NCBI GenBank assembly: GCA_036386875.1
Contig: DASVUV010000058.1
Span: forward strand, 9,873 to 73,872
From: Allosphingosinicella sp.
Lineage (GTDB): Bacteria > Pseudomonadota > Alphaproteobacteria > Sphingomonadales > Sphingomonadaceae
Length of the DNA stretch: 64,000 nt
Reading direction: 5' to 3'
This document shows positions 7,466-22,954 of this stretch, in pieces (within the stretch, counting starts at the first letter, position 1; each line of letters opens with the position of its first letter). Both the position numbers and the translations under genes were made by a program. Under the pieces are notes generated by a model that did not search any database, had not been told where the DNA came from, and worked only from the letters and a program-made list of their open reading frames with translations.

Positions 7466-8448
7466 AGGCCGGGGCCGGTTGGGCCCTCAAAGGGGCCGCG
7501 GCGCTTGGGGAGGGGCGGCGGCTGGGCCGGGGGGCTGCTCGGGCCGGAGAGGGCGTCGCGGGCGAGTTCGCCGATGCCGCCAAGCGTGCCGATGAGCTGG
7601 GTGGCCTCGACCGGGAAGAGGATCGTCTTGGCGTTGGGTGAGGTGGCGAACTGGCCGATCGCTTCGACATATTTCTGGGCAATGAAGTAATTGATCGCCT
7701 GGGTGTTGCCGTCCTTGATCGCTTCCGAGACCACCTGGGTAGCCCTGGCTTCCGCCTCGGCGCCGCGCTCGCGGGCTTCGGCGTCGCGGAAGGCGGCTTC
7801 GCGGCGGCCTTCCGCTTCCAGGATCTGGCCCTGCTTCTCACCCTCGGCGCGCAGGATGGCGGAGGCGCGGCTGCCTTCCGCTTCCAGGATCACGGCGCGC
7901 TTTTCGCGCTCGGCCTTCATCTGGCGGCCCATGGCGTTGACGATGTCGGCGGGCGGGCGGATGTCGCGGATCTCGACTCGGGTGAGCTTGACGCCCCAGC
8001 TTTCGGTCGCCTGATCGACTACGGAAAGGAGGCGGGCGTTGATCTCGTCGCGCTTGGAGAGGGTTTCGTCGAGGTCCATGGAGCCCATCACGGTGCGCAG
8101 GTTGGTGGTGGTGAGTTGCATGATCGCGACGTAGAGATCGGAGACTTCGTAGGCGGCCTTGGCGGCGTCCAGCACCTGGAAGAACACCACGCCGTCGGTG
8201 GACACCATGGCATTGTCCTTGGTGATGATCTCCTGCCCCGGAATGTCGAGCACCTGCTCCATCATGTTCACCTTGCGGCCGACACGGTAGAAGAAGGGGA
8301 GGTAATAGTTGAAGCCGGGCTGGGCGACGTTGGTGAAGCGGCCGAAATGCTCGATCGTATAGTGATAGCCCTGGCGGACGATCTTGATGCCGGTGAGCAG
8401 CACGAGGCCGACCAGAAGCGCGAATGTCAGCAGAATGAACTCAAGCAT
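7462..8448 (-). CDS. SPFH/Band 7 protein (QmcA-like)
   Basis: [43 protein letters not shown]. Confidence 0.93.
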   Translation of the reverse strand: MLEFILLTFALLVGLVLLTGIKIVRQGYHYTIEHFGRFTNVAQPGFNYYLPFFYRVGRKVNMMEQVLDIPGQEIITKDNAMVSTDGVVFFQVLDAAKAAYEVSDLYVAIMQLTTTNLRTVMGSMDLDETLSKRDEINARLLSVVDQATESWGVKLTRVEIRDIRPPADIVNAMGRQMKAEREKRAVILEAEGSRASAILRAEGEKQGQILEAEGRREAAFRDAEARERGAEAEARATQVVSEAIKDGNTQAINYFIAQKYVEAIGQFATSPNAKTILFPVEATQLIGTLGGIGELARDALSGPSSPPAQPPPLPKRRGPFEGPTGPGL

Positions 8449-8527
8449 ATCGTTCGCGCTCCCCCTTGCGGTTGCGGACATAATGTAGGCAAGCGGGGCC
8501 GCTTCCAAGCGAAATCGGGAACCCACG

Positions 8528-9334
8528 ATGACGACCGACCTCCGCCTTTGCCGCTCCCTGCTGTTCCTTCCCGCCTCCAACCCGCGCGCCATTGAGAAAG
8601 CCCGGGGGCTGGATGCCGACATGATCTTCCTCGACCTCGAAGATGCGGTGAAGCCGCAGGACAAGTCGGCGGCGCGCGAGGCGGCGGTTGCGGCGGCGGC
8701 GGAAGGCTTTGGCGGGCGGCCGGTGGCGATCCGGGTCAACCAGGCGAGCGATCCCTGGTTCGCCGAAGATGTCGCGGCGGTGGCGCGGAGCGCGGCGGAT
8801 TACCTGATCCTCCCCAAGGCGCAGTCGGCGGGCAAGGCCGAGGAAGCGGCGCGGGTGTCGGGCAAGCCGGTGCTGGCGATGATCGAAAGCGCGCGGGGGC
8901 TGCTTGCGGCGCACTTCATCGCGCGGGAGTGCGCGGGGCTGATCGCCGGGACCAACGACCTTGCCGCCGATCTGGGGATTCCGGCGGGTGCGGGGCGGGC
9001 CGGGCTGCTGCATGCGCTGCAGACGATCGTGGTGGCGGCGCGGGCGGCGAGGCTGCCGGCCTTCGATGGGGTGTATAACCGGTTGGAGGACACCGAGGGC
9101 TTGGAGACGGAGTGCCGGGAGGGGCGCGGCTTCGGCTTTGACGGCAAGACGATCATTCACCCGAACCAGCTCGAAACGGCGAACCGGATTTTCGGGCCGA
9201 GCGACGAGGAAGTGGATGCGGCGCGCCGCCTGGTTGCCGCGGCGACGGGCGGCGCGGAGCGGTTCGAGGGGCGGATGATCGAGGCCATGCACGTGGAGGA
9301 GGCCCGCAGGCTCCTTTCCCGCGCCCGCGTCTGA
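8528..9334 (+). CDS. CitE/HpcH family CoA-ester lyase
   Basis: [32 protein letters not shown]. Confidence 0.9.
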   Translation: MTTDLRLCRSLLFLPASNPRAIEKARGLDADMIFLDLEDAVKPQDKSAAREAAVAAAAEGFGGRPVAIRVNQASDPWFAEDVAAVARSAADYLILPKAQSAGKAEEAARVSGKPVLAMIESARGLLAAHFIARECAGLIAGTNDLAADLGIPAGAGRAGLLHALQTIVVAARAARLPAFDGVYNRLEDTEGLETECREGRGFGFDGKTIIHPNQLETANRIFGPSDEEVDAARRLVAAATGGAERFEGRMIEAMHVEEARRLLSRARV

Positions 9335-9351
9335 GCAAAGCTTCAAAAGCT

Positions 9352-11627
9352 TCAGGCGTACCAGAAGGGCGAGCGTTTTGCCCAGACCGTGCCGGGATAG
9401 CGGGCGTGGAGGAGCTGGAAAGATCGCTTGCCGAGCCCGTTGGACTCGCCGCCCCAGCGTGAGACCCGGATCAGGCGGTAGAGAAGCTCCGGCACGCGCG
9501 GATCGCGCGGGTTCGCGCGGGCATGGTCCAGCGCCGTCTCCCACAGTGTCGGAACCGGCGCATCCGGCTCCACCATCTCCCCCTTGCCGCCGTCGTAATA
9601 GGGTTCGGCGCCAAAGGCGGCGCGTTCGCGGCGGGCTTCGGCCTCGCTCGCCGCAACAAAGGCCGGTGCGTGCAGCGGAAAGGCGCCGAGCCCGCATTTG
9701 TTCTGGCAGGTCAGGTCCTCGACTGCGGGGCCTTCGTTCCAGCCATCGTTCAGATAGGCTTTGGCTCCCCGGAAGTCGCTCTGGGCGGGGCGAACGGCAC
9801 GCGGCAGGATGCGGAACTGTGTCCAATAGCCGCGGAACTCGCGGATCGTGCCGGTGGGGCGGGTGAAGCCGATGAGATCGGTGCGCAGGCCGGGGAGCTT
9901 GGCCAAAGCGACGGCAATCGCGAAGCGCTTGGCCGGGGCGGGGCGGGTGGAGGCGATGGTCCGCCAATCGGCCCCCAATTGCGGGAGGAGGGCGGTGAGA
10001 TCGCGGGCGAACGCATCGGTCAGGCTCCGGTTCTGAAGCTGCACGGCGCGGGCAAAGCCGGTGAGCGCGAGATCGAGGCGAATGTCGCGGGGCAAAGCCC
10101 GGTCCCGCGACACAATGAGGCGTTGGGCGAGCGGCAGCCGATCGATCAGCGCCGCCGCGTCGGCGCCGATCCCGACCCAGTGGTCGCCAACCCGGGCCGC
10201 GCCCTCGATCCAACGGAAATCGTCTTCGCCGCACTCCGTCTCGGCGGCGGCGCAATAAGCGCGGCGGATCGACAAGCGGGCAAGATCGTGGAGATCGGAA
10301 GCGACCTGGGTGCGGGCTGCGGTGAGGATGTTGCGCTCGCCAAGGGTGAGGTCGGTTCGGGCGAGGAGGGAGTCGAGCCGGCGGCGGGTCTCCGCCTCGT
10401 CGGCGCTCGCCATCGTCAGGCGCAGGCGGTGAAAGGCGGCGCCGAGCGCGCCGGGGGCGGCTTCGGGGATCTGAACGGAGGCCTCGAGCAGGGCCGGGGT
10501 GGCGGCGTCCCCCGGCTCGGCAATGCTGAGCGCGGCGAGCAGCCAGGCGCGGTCGCCCGTGGAGCGCCAATGGCCAAGGGCGCGGGCGAGGGCGGGCGCG
10601 CGCTCGTCCCATTGCAGAACCCGGATCCACTCGGCCGGCTGCGGCCGCCGCCCGCGGGCGTCGGCGAGGCTCAGATAATCCTTGAGCATCGGCGCGACCC
10701 GCTCGGGCGGTGTTTCGCCGGAGAGCGCGCCGTCAAGTTCGCGTAAGTATTCGGCGGGCCTTTGGCGGTAATCGAGGACGCCTCGGAGCTTGGCCACTTC
10801 TTGGCGGCCGAACGTGCCCTCCGGCGCGGCTTCGAGCCGGGCGAGGAGGGCGCGGGCGTCGCCGAACCCCCCGGGCGTCGGACGGGCGATGGTTTCGCGC
10901 AGGGTGGCACGCAACTGGAGGTAGAGGGCCTTGGGCTGCCACGGCGACGCCATGTCGCGCGAAATGCCGCCGAAGCGCTGCGCCGCCTCCGCGAAGCGGT
11001 TGTCGTACAGGGCGAAGGCGGCCTCCTGATAGGCGCGGTCGGCGCGCAGCCAGGCGGGGACATTTGCGGGCAGCGTCGGGAGGGCCACGCCTTCGCGGCT
11101 GCAGGCGGCGAAGACATTGTCCTGGGTAAGCAGCCAGGCCTTTACCGCTGGCGAGCGGGCGCCGTGGGCGGCGATCCGGTTGCGCAGGGTTTCGGTCGCA
11201 AGATCGAAGGCGTCGTTGAAGCAATTGGGGACGGAACGGTAATCGTCGCCGCGGCGGTCGGTGGAAATCCAGAACTCCGAAGCGGGAACGCCGGGCACGG
11301 CCTCCCGCGCCCTGAGCCAGGCATAGGAGCCGCCGTCGGGATCGTATTCACGCGGCGTGTCGCAGCAGGGGATGGCGAGGGCAGCGCCCGCTTCCTCGCC
11401 GACGCGCTGGTTGTGAAGCAGGCGCCAGTCGGCGAACAGCAGGCCGTCGCCGGCGGTGCGCAGAACGATGCCGAGGCGGCCCCGATAATGACGCGCCCGT
11501 TCCGGCGCGGTGCCGCCCTTGGAGTCGATGTAAAGGGCGCGCGGCTCGGGGCCTCCCGAGCCCAAAGCAGGCTGCGCACACAGGGTGGCCGCTGCCGCCA
11601 GTGCCGCGATTGCGCCCGCTTTTCCCC

Positions 11628-11631
<4 letters not shown>
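9352..11631 (-). CDS. Large secreted alpha-helical (TPR-like) hypothetical protein
   Basis: Signal peptide from ATG 11631 (ATGA overlap with upstream gene); YQEAAFALYDNRFAEAAQRF; C-terminal FQLLHARYPGTVWAKRSPFWY; several Cys. Confidence 0.7.
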
Positions 11632-15087
<3,456 letters not shown>

Positions 15088-15118
15088 CCTGCCGTGCGGC
15101 ATGCTTATGGAGATGTTG

Positions 15119-15643
15119 ATGCGCCTTACCCCAATCGCCCTTTCGCTGGGCATCGCGCTCGGCACCATGGCAAGCGCCGGTTATGGCCAGAAGCCCGACG
15201 ACGTGATCGACCCGCGCTCGCTTGCGGTTGCGGCCGAGGCGCAGACGGCGCTGGGCGCTGCAAAGTTCGGGGACGCGATCGACCTTTACGAGACGGCGCT
15301 GGCCGTCGATCCGCGCAACCGCCAGGCCTATGTCGGCCTTGCGCGGGTCGCGCAGGCGCAGAAGCTGCCGGGCAAGGCGATCCGCTTCTACACCGAGGCG
15401 CTGAAGCTGGAGCCGAACGACGTGAACGCGATCGGCGGCCAGGGGGAAGCCTATGTGCAGCGCGGCGCGGTGGAACGGGCGCGGCGCAATCTGGAGAAAT
15501 TAAAGACCCTTTGCGCCACCCCGTGCACGCAGGCGACCACGCTTGCGGCGGCGATCGCCAAGGGTCCCCCGGCGGAAGTGCTGACCGCGCAGGCGCCGGT
15601 AACGGTGGTGCCGCCGGCTGCCGAGACCCCCAAGGCTAATTGA
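15119..15643 (+). CDS. Exported TPR protein
   Basis: Signal peptide; TPR repeats AIDLYETALAVDPRN and AIRFYTEALKLEPND. Confidence 0.85.
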   Translation: MRLTPIALSLGIALGTMASAGYGQKPDDVIDPRSLAVAAEAQTALGAAKFGDAIDLYETALAVDPRNRQAYVGLARVAQAQKLPGKAIRFYTEALKLEPNDVNAIGGQGEAYVQRGAVERARRNLEKLKTLCATPCTQATTLAAAIAKGPPAEVLTAQAPVTVVPPAAETPKAN

Positions 15644-15648
15644 GGTCC

Positions 15649-15819
15649 CTAGTTCCTCCCTGCGCGAAGCGTGGGGAGGGGAACCACCCGAAGGGTGGTG
15701 GAGGGGTAGGGGCGCTGAGCTTTGTGGGTCTGGCGCGTGAACCTTTTACGTCACGGCAGTTACCCCTCCACCATGCTTCGCATGGTTCCCCTCCCCATCT
15801 TGCGATGGGGAGGAACTAG
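15649..15819. repeat. Family A palindromic repeat
   Basis: CTAGTTCCTCCC...GGGGAGGAACTAG; contains the rsmA stop codon. Confidence 0.92.
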
Positions 15820-16637
15820 GCGCCCATTGCTCTTGCGACCGAGACGAACTCTTCCACCGTCAGCGTTTCCGCTCGGCGGGTCGACTCGATTCCTGCAGCC
15901 TCCAGCGCTTCGAGCGCACCCGGGAAGCCCTTGAGGCTCTGCCGCAGCATCTTCCTTCGTTGGCCGAAGGCGGCGGCGGTGAGGGCCTCGAGGGTCAGGG
16001 GGCGGACTCCCGGAGGCGCGGCCTTGGGAACGATGTGGACGACCGCGGACATCACCTTGGGTGGGGGCACGAAAGCCGAGCGGTGGACCTTGAGGGCGAT
16101 GCGAGCGTCGGCGCGCCACTGGGCCAGGACGGCGAGGCGGCCGTAGGCGGAGGTATCGGGCCGGGCGGCGATGCGTTCGGCAACTTCCTGCTGGAACATC
16201 AGGGTGAGCGAGGCCCACCAGGGCGGCCAGCGTTCGCCGCCCAGCCAGCGGACGAGCAAGGCCGTCCCGATATTGTAGGGGAGGTTTGAGGCGATGTGAG
16301 CGCCGGAGCCGGCTTCGGCTTCCTCGTCGATGGCGAGGGCATCGGCTTCGAGAATGCGGAGGCGCCCTTCGGAGGCGTGGTTCACTTCCTCCAGGGCGGG
16401 TAGGCAGCGGCGGTCTCGCTCAACGGCGACGACGTTGGCGCCGGCGCGGAGCAAGGCGCGGGTGAGGCCGCCGGGGCCGGGCCCGACTTCGTAGACGCTT
16501 TGGCCGAGGAGATCGCCGGGGATTCGGGCGATTCGGTCGAGGAGCTGTTCGTCGAGGAGGAAGTTCTGGCCGAGCGCCTTCGACGCGGTGAGGCCGTGCG
16601 TTCGGATCACTTCGCGCAGGGGCGGAAGCGGCTTCAC
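15816..16637 (-). CDS. rsmA: 16S rRNA adenine dimethyltransferase KsgA
   Basis: [25 protein letters not shown]; GTG start overlaps the pdxA stop. Confidence 0.96.
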   Translation of the reverse strand: MKPLPPLREVIRTHGLTASKALGQNFLLDEQLLDRIARIPGDLLGQSVYEVGPGPGGLTRALLRAGANVVAVERDRRCLPALEEVNHASEGRLRILEADALAIDEEAEAGSGAHIASNLPYNIGTALLVRWLGGERWPPWWASLTLMFQQEVAERIAARPDTSAYGRLAVLAQWRADARIALKVHRSAFVPPPKVMSAVVHIVPKAAPPGVRPLTLEALTAAAFGQRRKMLRQSLKGFPGALEALEAAGIESTRRAETLTVEEFVSVARAMGA

Positions 16638-17653
16638 GCTGCGTGGAGGCGGCGGGCGCAGTCCGACGCGAGGCGCAGGGCGGCGATCATTGCGCCGGGC
16701 TCGGCCATGTCCTTGCCGGCGATGGCGAAGGCGGTGCCGTGATCGGGCGAGGTGCGGACAATGGGGAGGCCGAGCGTGATGTTGACGCCTTCGTCGAAAT
16801 GGAGGGTCTTGAACGGCACCAAAGCCTGATCGTGGTAGAGGCAGAGCGCGGCGTCGTAGGTGGCGCGCATCCGGGCGTGGAACATGGTGTCGGCGGCGAG
16901 CGGGCCCATGATCTCGGCATCTTCTTCGCGCAGGCGCTCGATGGCTGGGGCGATGATGTCGATTTCTTCCCGGCCAAGGGCGCCGTTCTCTCCGGCATGG
17001 GGATTGAGGCCCGCGATCGCGATGCGAGGGCGCGCAATTCCGAACAGGCGCCTGAGGCCGCGGATGGTGGTTCGGGCGCGCTGGACGATCAGTTCGGTCG
17101 TGACCGCGGTAGGCACGTCCTTGAGCGCGATATGGGTGGTGACGGGGACGGTGCGTAGCGTCGGGCCGGCGAGCATCATCGCCACCATGTCGGCGGCAAT
17201 GCCGCAGCGTTCGGCGACGAATTCGGTTTGGCCCGGGTGGGTGAAGCCGATGGCGTAGAGCTGCGCCTTCGAGACGGGGCCGGTGACGATCGCGGAGGCG
17301 GCGCCGGAGCGGGTGAGGCCGACGGCGAGCTCGAGCGCGTCGAGCGCGTTGCGGGCGCCTTCCAGGGTCGGCGTGCCGGGGTTGCACTCGGCGGTGCCGT
17401 CGATGCGGATCAGGGGAAGGGCGCTTCGGAAGACCTGGCGGGCTTCCTCGGGCCCTTCGACCACCGCGACCGGACCGCTCCAGACGGCGGCGAGCGATTC
17501 GGGCGTGCCGACGGCGAAAAAGGGCGCAAGGCCCTCGGCCTCGCGTGCTTCCCAGGCCCTGGCGGCGATTTCGGGGCCAATGCCCGCCGGATCGCCGAGT
17601 GCAAGGGCAAGCGGCGGCGCGGCGGGCGCGTCGGCGTCAGCGATAATCGACAA
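16634..17653 (-). CDS. pdxA: 4-hydroxythreonine-4-phosphate dehydrogenase
   Basis: [33 protein letters not shown]. Confidence 0.97.
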   Translation of the reverse strand: MSIIADADAPAAPPLALALGDPAGIGPEIAARAWEAREAEGLAPFFAVGTPESLAAVWSGPVAVVEGPEEARQVFRSALPLIRIDGTAECNPGTPTLEGARNALDALELAVGLTRSGAASAIVTGPVSKAQLYAIGFTHPGQTEFVAERCGIAADMVAMMLAGPTLRTVPVTTHIALKDVPTAVTTELIVQRARTTIRGLRRLFGIARPRIAIAGLNPHAGENGALGREEIDIIAPAIERLREEDAEIMGPLAADTMFHARMRATYDAALCLYHDQALVPFKTLHFDEGVNITLGLPIVRTSPDHGTAFAIAGKDMAEPGAMIAALRLASDCARRLHAA

Positions 17654-18977
17654 CTGCGTCGCGGCGAAGATCGCGCAGGTAGCGGCGGGCGCGCAGATTG
17701 ATTCGATTATCGGCGATTTGATCGTGGATCTGGTCGAACGAAACCTCGGCCACGGGGGCGGGATCGTCGCGGCCGCACAGGACCAGGACGCTGACTCGTT
17801 CCTCCGTGCCGAAGGGCGCGGTCTGTTGGCCGATGCCGAGGTTCAGCAAAGTGGGCTGAAGGGGTGCCGGAAGATCGCGGACCTTGACCTGATCGTTGGT
17901 CACCACTTCCGCGCCGATGCCGGCGGCGACTTCTTCGGCGCGGCCGCAGCCGCCCATGCCCTGGCTGGTGCGGACCAGTTGCTGGATGCGGCTGTCGATC
18001 TGCGAACGCGGGGTGCCGCGCGGGAAGTTGACCGACAATTGCTTGAGGCTGAGCACCGCGTCGCGCGGATCGGCGGTGAGCACCTGGCGCGTGTCGGTAA
18101 CGGCAATGATCGAGAAGCCGCCGGGCACCGCAATCGGGTTCGAGACCGTGCCGACGGGAAGTTCCTGGACGGCGGCGGCGAGCGGTTCGGGAAGCTGCTC
18201 GGCGCGGACGAAGTCGAGATCGCCGCCGACGGCCGCGGTGGAGGCTTCGGAGAATTGCCGTGCATAGGCCATGAAGGACGCGCCATTGCGAAGCTGCTCA
18301 ACGATCCGATCGGCGTTGGCGCGGGCTTCGTTGGCGGTTTCGGGAGTCGCCGAGATGAAGATCTCGGAGACCTTGTATTCCTTGGTGCCGCGGGCGGCGT
18401 TGAGCCGCGCGATCACCGTTTGCACTTCTTCCTCCGAGACGTTGACGAACGGCTCGATCTGGCGGCGCTGGAGGCGGCTCCAGGAGAGTTCACCCTGGAT
18501 CTGGCGCTTGATCGACGTGTCGGACGACCCGGCGGAGCGCAGGTACGCGGCGAATTGCGACGGCGTTTGATTGAAGTTCTGCGCATAGCGGGCGAAATAT
18601 TGATCGAGCTCCTTGGGCTCGATCTTGATGTCCTCGGCGATTGCCGCCTGGATCTGCAGGGTTTCATCGACAAGGTTGCGAAGCACCTGCTGGCGAAGGC
18701 GCGGCAGTTCCTCGGGGGCGATGTTGCCGCCATTGGCAATCGCGATCAGCGCCATGCGATGGTCGATGTCCGTGCCGGTGATCACCGTGCCGTTGACGAT
18801 CGCCGTGGCCTTGCGGACCCCGGGCTCTTCGGGCGCAAGGAAGCGGCCGTCGTCGGGAAGGTTGAGACCGCCGCCGGGGATTGCCGCCGAACCGCCCGTC
18901 TGCGCAACGGCGGTCGCGGCCGCCAATGTGCCGGCAAGCACGAACGCCGCCCTGTGAAAAGTCCCGAGCTTCATCAT
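17637..18977 (-). CDS. surA: SurA-type peptidylprolyl isomerase/chaperone
   Basis: [39 protein letters not shown]; lptD-surA-pdxA-rsmA synteny. Confidence 0.88.
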   Translation of the reverse strand: MMKLGTFHRAAFVLAGTLAAATAVAQTGGSAAIPGGGLNLPDDGRFLAPEEPGVRKATAIVNGTVITGTDIDHRMALIAIANGGNIAPEELPRLRQQVLRNLVDETLQIQAAIAEDIKIEPKELDQYFARYAQNFNQTPSQFAAYLRSAGSSDTSIKRQIQGELSWSRLQRRQIEPFVNVSEEEVQTVIARLNAARGTKEYKVSEIFISATPETANEARANADRIVEQLRNGASFMAYARQFSEASTAAVGGDLDFVRAEQLPEPLAAAVQELPVGTVSNPIAVPGGFSIIAVTDTRQVLTADPRDAVLSLKQLSVNFPRGTPRSQIDSRIQQLVRTSQGMGGCGRAEEVAAGIGAEVVTNDQVKVRDLPAPLQPTLLNLGIGQQTAPFGTEERVSVLVLCGRDDPAPVAEVSFDQIHDQIADNRINLRARRYLRDLRRDAVVDYR

Positions 18978-19052
18978 TCCTCCAGTAAAAGCAGGCTCTT
19001 GCACATGCCTTGGGCTTGCTGAACCGCAGCTTAGCGCCCTTCCCGTTGCCTT

Positions 19053-21296
19053 CTAGCGCCCCAGGTTCTTAAGCGCCACCCGGAACAGGAAGGTGTTGCC
19101 GCGCCGGACGTCGCCGGTAGCGTCGTAATCGCGCCGCCAGGTGACTCCGATCTCGATGCAATCGTCGTCATAGGCGATGCCCAGTCGGTGGCGGACGGGC
19201 TCGTAGCCGTCGGCTTCGCTCAAGGGGTCTTCCTGGCGGTCGGTGAGATCGACGATGGCCGAGCCGAACACCGACCAGTAACGGGCGAACTTGACCCGCC
19301 CGCCGAGGCGGATTTCCTCGCGGTCGCGAAGGTCCTCGATGGCCGGATCGATGTCGCGGTTGAGGCGCAGGTAGCCCACGGTGGCATAAGTCTGGTGGCC
19401 GCCGATCACCGCGTCCAGTTCGTTGCGGCGGACTTCCAGATCGTCCTTGTCGAGCCGGAAGCGGTGCACCAGGCTGAGCTTGTGGCCGACCTTGACCGTG
19501 CTTCGGCCCACGATGTCGGAGAAACGGTCGGAGAGGCCGGTGCCGGTCGGGAAGATCGCCGGTTTCTCGCTGAGGCGGTAGCTTTGGCCCACCGTCGTGC
19601 GGGCGGAGACTCCGGGGAAATCGAACGCCCAATCCACACCGTAGGTCATCCGCACGCCGTCTTCCCAGCGGTCGTAGCCGGGGAAGCGGTTGAGCGCGAA
19701 CAGGTTGGAATCCTCGAGGTCCACCGAGCGGGCGTCTTCGTTGGGAATGGCAAGGTTGCGGGTCGGCGGCGAGGCGACGAATTGAAGGCGGGGGGTGAGG
19801 CGCTGGGTGCCGCCCATGAAGGCGCCAACGAACGGCCAGCGGATTTCGGCCGCGGCGGCGGCGATGCCGCGGGCGTGCCAGCCCTCTTCGCCGCGATAGG
19901 TGAGGGTGGAAGTGAGCTCGTTGTCGCCGCTGTGGTAAACGTCGCCGCGGGCAAAACCGGTGAGGATCAGCTCCTGCCCCCAAGGGGTGATGCCGCGCCG
20001 GTCCCAGCGGGCGGAAGTGAAGGCGCGCTGGGTGTCCTGGCCGTCGGTGCGCAGGATGGCGAGGCTGTTGGCCTGAAGCTCGACCCGGCCGCCGAGGATC
20101 GGGTCGCCGAGGCGCCAGCGGGCGTCGATGGCGGGCAAGGCGATGGGCTGCTGGCCGGCGACGTCGGTCACGCGCAGGCCCTGGAAGGCCCAGCCGGCGA
20201 TCGAGATGTAGCTGTTGTTCGTGATCCGCTCGGCATTCACCACCGAGCGCAGGCGGGTGTCGCGGGAAATGTCGTAGCGGCGCAAAAAGGTGCGGTCGGT
20301 GACGTAGCGCCCCGACGCGGTGACGCTCCATTCGGGCGTGAGCTGGAAGCGGCCGTTGCCCTCGAGGTAGCCGCGGATGCCGCGGTCGCGCAGGCCGAGC
20401 GCCTCCTGGTCGAGCGGAATGCGCGAGCCGTAGGTGAGGTAACCCGCGACCTGGAAAGGGCCGAGCGAGGTGAGCTGGCGGTAGCGGCCTTCGATCATCG
20501 GCAGCACGTCTGTGTAGAGGTGCGGGGTGATCGTGGCGTCGCGATTGGGGGCGAGCTTGAAATAATAAGGCGCCGAGATTTCGAGGCCGTTGGACTGGCT
20601 GAGGCGCACGTCGGGGACGAGCAGGCCGGGGCCGCCGCCCTTTGAGCCGTCCGGGTGGGAAAGGCCGGGGAGGGCGAGTATCCGCCGGCCGAACAGGCTG
20701 AGGCCCGCGCCTTCGTAGCGGATCCGGCCCTTGAAGGGATCGTGGACGACCTTGACGGCGGTGATCTGCCAGGTCGGGTCCTTGGGGCAGCCATTTTCAT
20801 CGACCACGGCGCAGGGGCTGTAGGCGGCGCGGTAGAGCGTGGTGTAGCCGTCCTTGCGCTCGGCCTTGTTGGCGGCGAGGCGGCCGCCATCCTCCAGCAC
20901 CAGGAGGATGTTTTCGGCCACCGCGTCGCGCATGGAATTGGTGAGGACGACGCTGTCTCCGTAGGCGACATCGCCTTCGGGGGTGACCAGGCGGACATTG
21001 CCCTCGGCGCGGATTTCGTCGGTTTCGCGGGTCCACACCACGCGATCGGCGCGCAGATTGTTGCCGTCGCTGTTCATGCGGACGTCGCCTGACGCGACGA
21101 CGACTTCTGAATCGCGGTCATATTCCAGGCGGAGCGAGCTGAAGCGGACTTCGCGCGTGTCCGTGGCCGGATCGGCGGGCGCGGCCTCGCCCCCCGGAGC
21201 CGCTTCGGCCCGAACGCCGTCCTGCGCCCAGGCAGCGCCGGGCGCGCAGAGGGACAGCGGAAGCGCCGTTAAACAGATGAACCTGAGCTTCTTCAC
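19053..21296 (-). CDS. lptD: LPS-assembly protein LptD
   Basis: N-terminal OstA domain, YSPC, IPNEDARS, NRFPGYDRWEDG, YDDDC. Confidence 0.93.
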   Translation of the reverse strand: MKKLRFICLTALPLSLCAPGAAWAQDGVRAEAAPGGEAAPADPATDTREVRFSSLRLEYDRDSEVVVASGDVRMNSDGNNLRADRVVWTRETDEIRAEGNVRLVTPEGDVAYGDSVVLTNSMRDAVAENILLVLEDGGRLAANKAERKDGYTTLYRAAYSPCAVVDENGCPKDPTWQITAVKVVHDPFKGRIRYEGAGLSLFGRRILALPGLSHPDGSKGGGPGLLVPDVRLSQSNGLEISAPYYFKLAPNRDATITPHLYTDVLPMIEGRYRQLTSLGPFQVAGYLTYGSRIPLDQEALGLRDRGIRGYLEGNGRFQLTPEWSVTASGRYVTDRTFLRRYDISRDTRLRSVVNAERITNNSYISIAGWAFQGLRVTDVAGQQPIALPAIDARWRLGDPILGGRVELQANSLAILRTDGQDTQRAFTSARWDRRGITPWGQELILTGFARGDVYHSGDNELTSTLTYRGEEGWHARGIAAAAAEIRWPFVGAFMGGTQRLTPRLQFVASPPTRNLAIPNEDARSVDLEDSNLFALNRFPGYDRWEDGVRMTYGVDWAFDFPGVSARTTVGQSYRLSEKPAIFPTGTGLSDRFSDIVGRSTVKVGHKLSLVHRFRLDKDDLEVRRNELDAVIGGHQTYATVGYLRLNRDIDPAIEDLRDREEIRLGGRVKFARYWSVFGSAIVDLTDRQEDPLSEADGYEPVRHRLGIAYDDDCIEIGVTWRRDYDATGDVRRGNTFLFRVALKNLGR

Positions 21297-21478
21297 ATTC
21301 CCCGCCGCGACGTGACCGCAAGGCGACACGCTTGTTTTTCCGCCTATTGCATCGCAGCGGCGGCGGGGCAATGCCGCACTGGGGGGCAGGCCGGATCGGG
21401 CGGCACCCTTGGAGGGGCTTGCGCGTTTGCCTCAAGGTGCGGCAAGCCCCGCCCTCGACCACCCAGGAGTTTACCGCC

Positions 21479-22954
21479 TTGCAGATCAGCTTCGCCAGCC
21501 AGCGCCCGTCCGGTTCCTTCGCCCTTGCAATCCCCGTGTGGAGCGAGGACCTGCTGAACGACCGGCTGTCGGGGCTTCCCGAAGGCGCCCGGGGACTCGC
21601 CGCCCGGGCCGCCGAGGCGCAGCGCTTCGAACGCGAGGCGGCAAGCGTAGCCGAGCTGTACGTCGAGGATTCGGGGATCGTCCGGCGCGTTCTGCTGCTG
21701 GGCCTGGGCGCGGCGCGTAACGACGAGGCCCTGTTCGAGAAAGCGGGCGGGGCGCTGACCGCCCGGCTGCTGACTTCGGGCGAGAAGAGACTGGTGATCG
21801 ACTTGAGCGGTGCCGGACTGGACGGCGAGGCGGCGGCGCGGATGGCATTCGGCGCGGCGGCGCGCGGCTGGCGGTTCGACCAGTATCGCACCAAGCTTGC
21901 GGCCAAGCAGAAGCCGACTTTGGAAGAAGTGGTGATCGTCGGCGCGGTTGGCGGCGAAGAGGCGTGGACGCGCCGCTCGGCCCTGATCGACGGCATGGCC
22001 TTTACCCGCGAGCTGGTCGCGGAGCCGGCCAACATTCTGTACCCGGAAAGCTTCGTGGAGCGCTGTCGCGCCCGGGTGGCGCCGCTGGGCGTCGAGATCG
22101 AGGTGCTGGACGAGAACCAGATGGCGGCGCTCGGCATGGGCGCCCTGCTCGGCGTCGGCCAGGGCAGCGTCAAGCCGCCGCGGCTGCTTGCCATGCGCTG
22201 GAACGGCGGCGAGGCGGGGGCCAAGCCGCTGGTGCTGGTCGGCAAGGGCATCACTTTCGACACCGGCGGCATTTCGATCAAGCCGGCTGCCGGCATGGAA
22301 GGCATGAAGTGGGACATGGGCGGCGCCGGCGCGGTGGCGGGCACCATGATGGCGCTTGCCGGGCGCAAGGCCAAGGCCAACGTGGTCGGCGTCTGCGTGC
22401 TTGCCGAGAACATGCCCGACGGCAACGCCCAGCGGCCGGGCGATGTGGTGACCAGCATGTCGGGCCAGACCATCGAGGTGATCAACACCGACGCGGAAGG
22501 GCGGCTCGTGCTTGCCGACGCGATCACCTGGGCGCAGCGCCAGTACCGGCCGGAGACGCTGGTCGATCTCGCTACGCTGACCGGCGCGATGATCATCTCG
22601 CTCGGGCACGAGTTCGGCGGCCTGTTCTCCAATGATGATGGGCTTGCCACGCGGCTGAGCGCGGCGGGGTCAGCGAGCGGCGACCGGCTGTGGCGGATGC
22701 CGCTTGCGCCGGCGTTCGACAAATTGATCGAATCGCCGATCGCCGACATGAAGAATGTCGGGCCGCGCGAAGGCGGTTCGATCACCGCGGCGGCGTTCAT
22801 CCAGCGCTTCGTCGATCCGGGCGTGAAGTGGGCGCATCTCGACATTGCCGGCATGGTCTGGGCGGACAAGCCGGGGCACCTGTACGACAAGGGTGCGACC
22901 GGGTTCGGCGTGGCCTTGCTCGACCGCTTCGTGTCCGACAATTACGAAGGGTGA
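21479..22954 (+). CDS. pepA: Leucyl aminopeptidase
   Basis: VGKGITFDTGG, MKWDMGGA, NTDAEGRL; TTG start after AGGAG. Confidence 0.95.
   Translation: MQISFASQRPSGSFALAIPVWSEDLLNDRLSGLPEGARGLAARAAEAQRFEREAASVAELYVEDSGIVRRVLLLGLGAARNDEALFEKAGGALTARLLTSGEKRLVIDLSGAGLDGEAAARMAFGAAARGWRFDQYRTKLAAKQKPTLEEVVIVGAVGGEEAWTRRSALIDGMAFTRELVAEPANILYPESFVERCRARVAPLGVEIEVLDENQMAALGMGALLGVGQGSVKPPRLLAMRWNGGEAGAKPLVLVGKGITFDTGGISIKPAAGMEGMKWDMGGAGAVAGTMMALAGRKAKANVVGVCVLAENMPDGNAQRPGDVVTSMSGQTIEVINTDAEGRLVLADAITWAQRQYRPETLVDLATLTGAMIISLGHEFGGLFSNDDGLATRLSAAGSASGDRLWRMPLAPAFDKLIESPIADMKNVGPREGGSITAAAFIQRFVDPGVKWAHLDIAGMVWADKPGHLYDKGATGFGVALLDRFVSDNYEG

Noticed and set aside
8441-10630. 729-aa minus ORF and similar long Arg/Pro/Gly-rich ORFs (e.g. 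17283..19022, 19188..20645, 27749..30037)
   Set aside because: Alternative-frame or antisense artefacts of high GC, overlapping well-supported genes.
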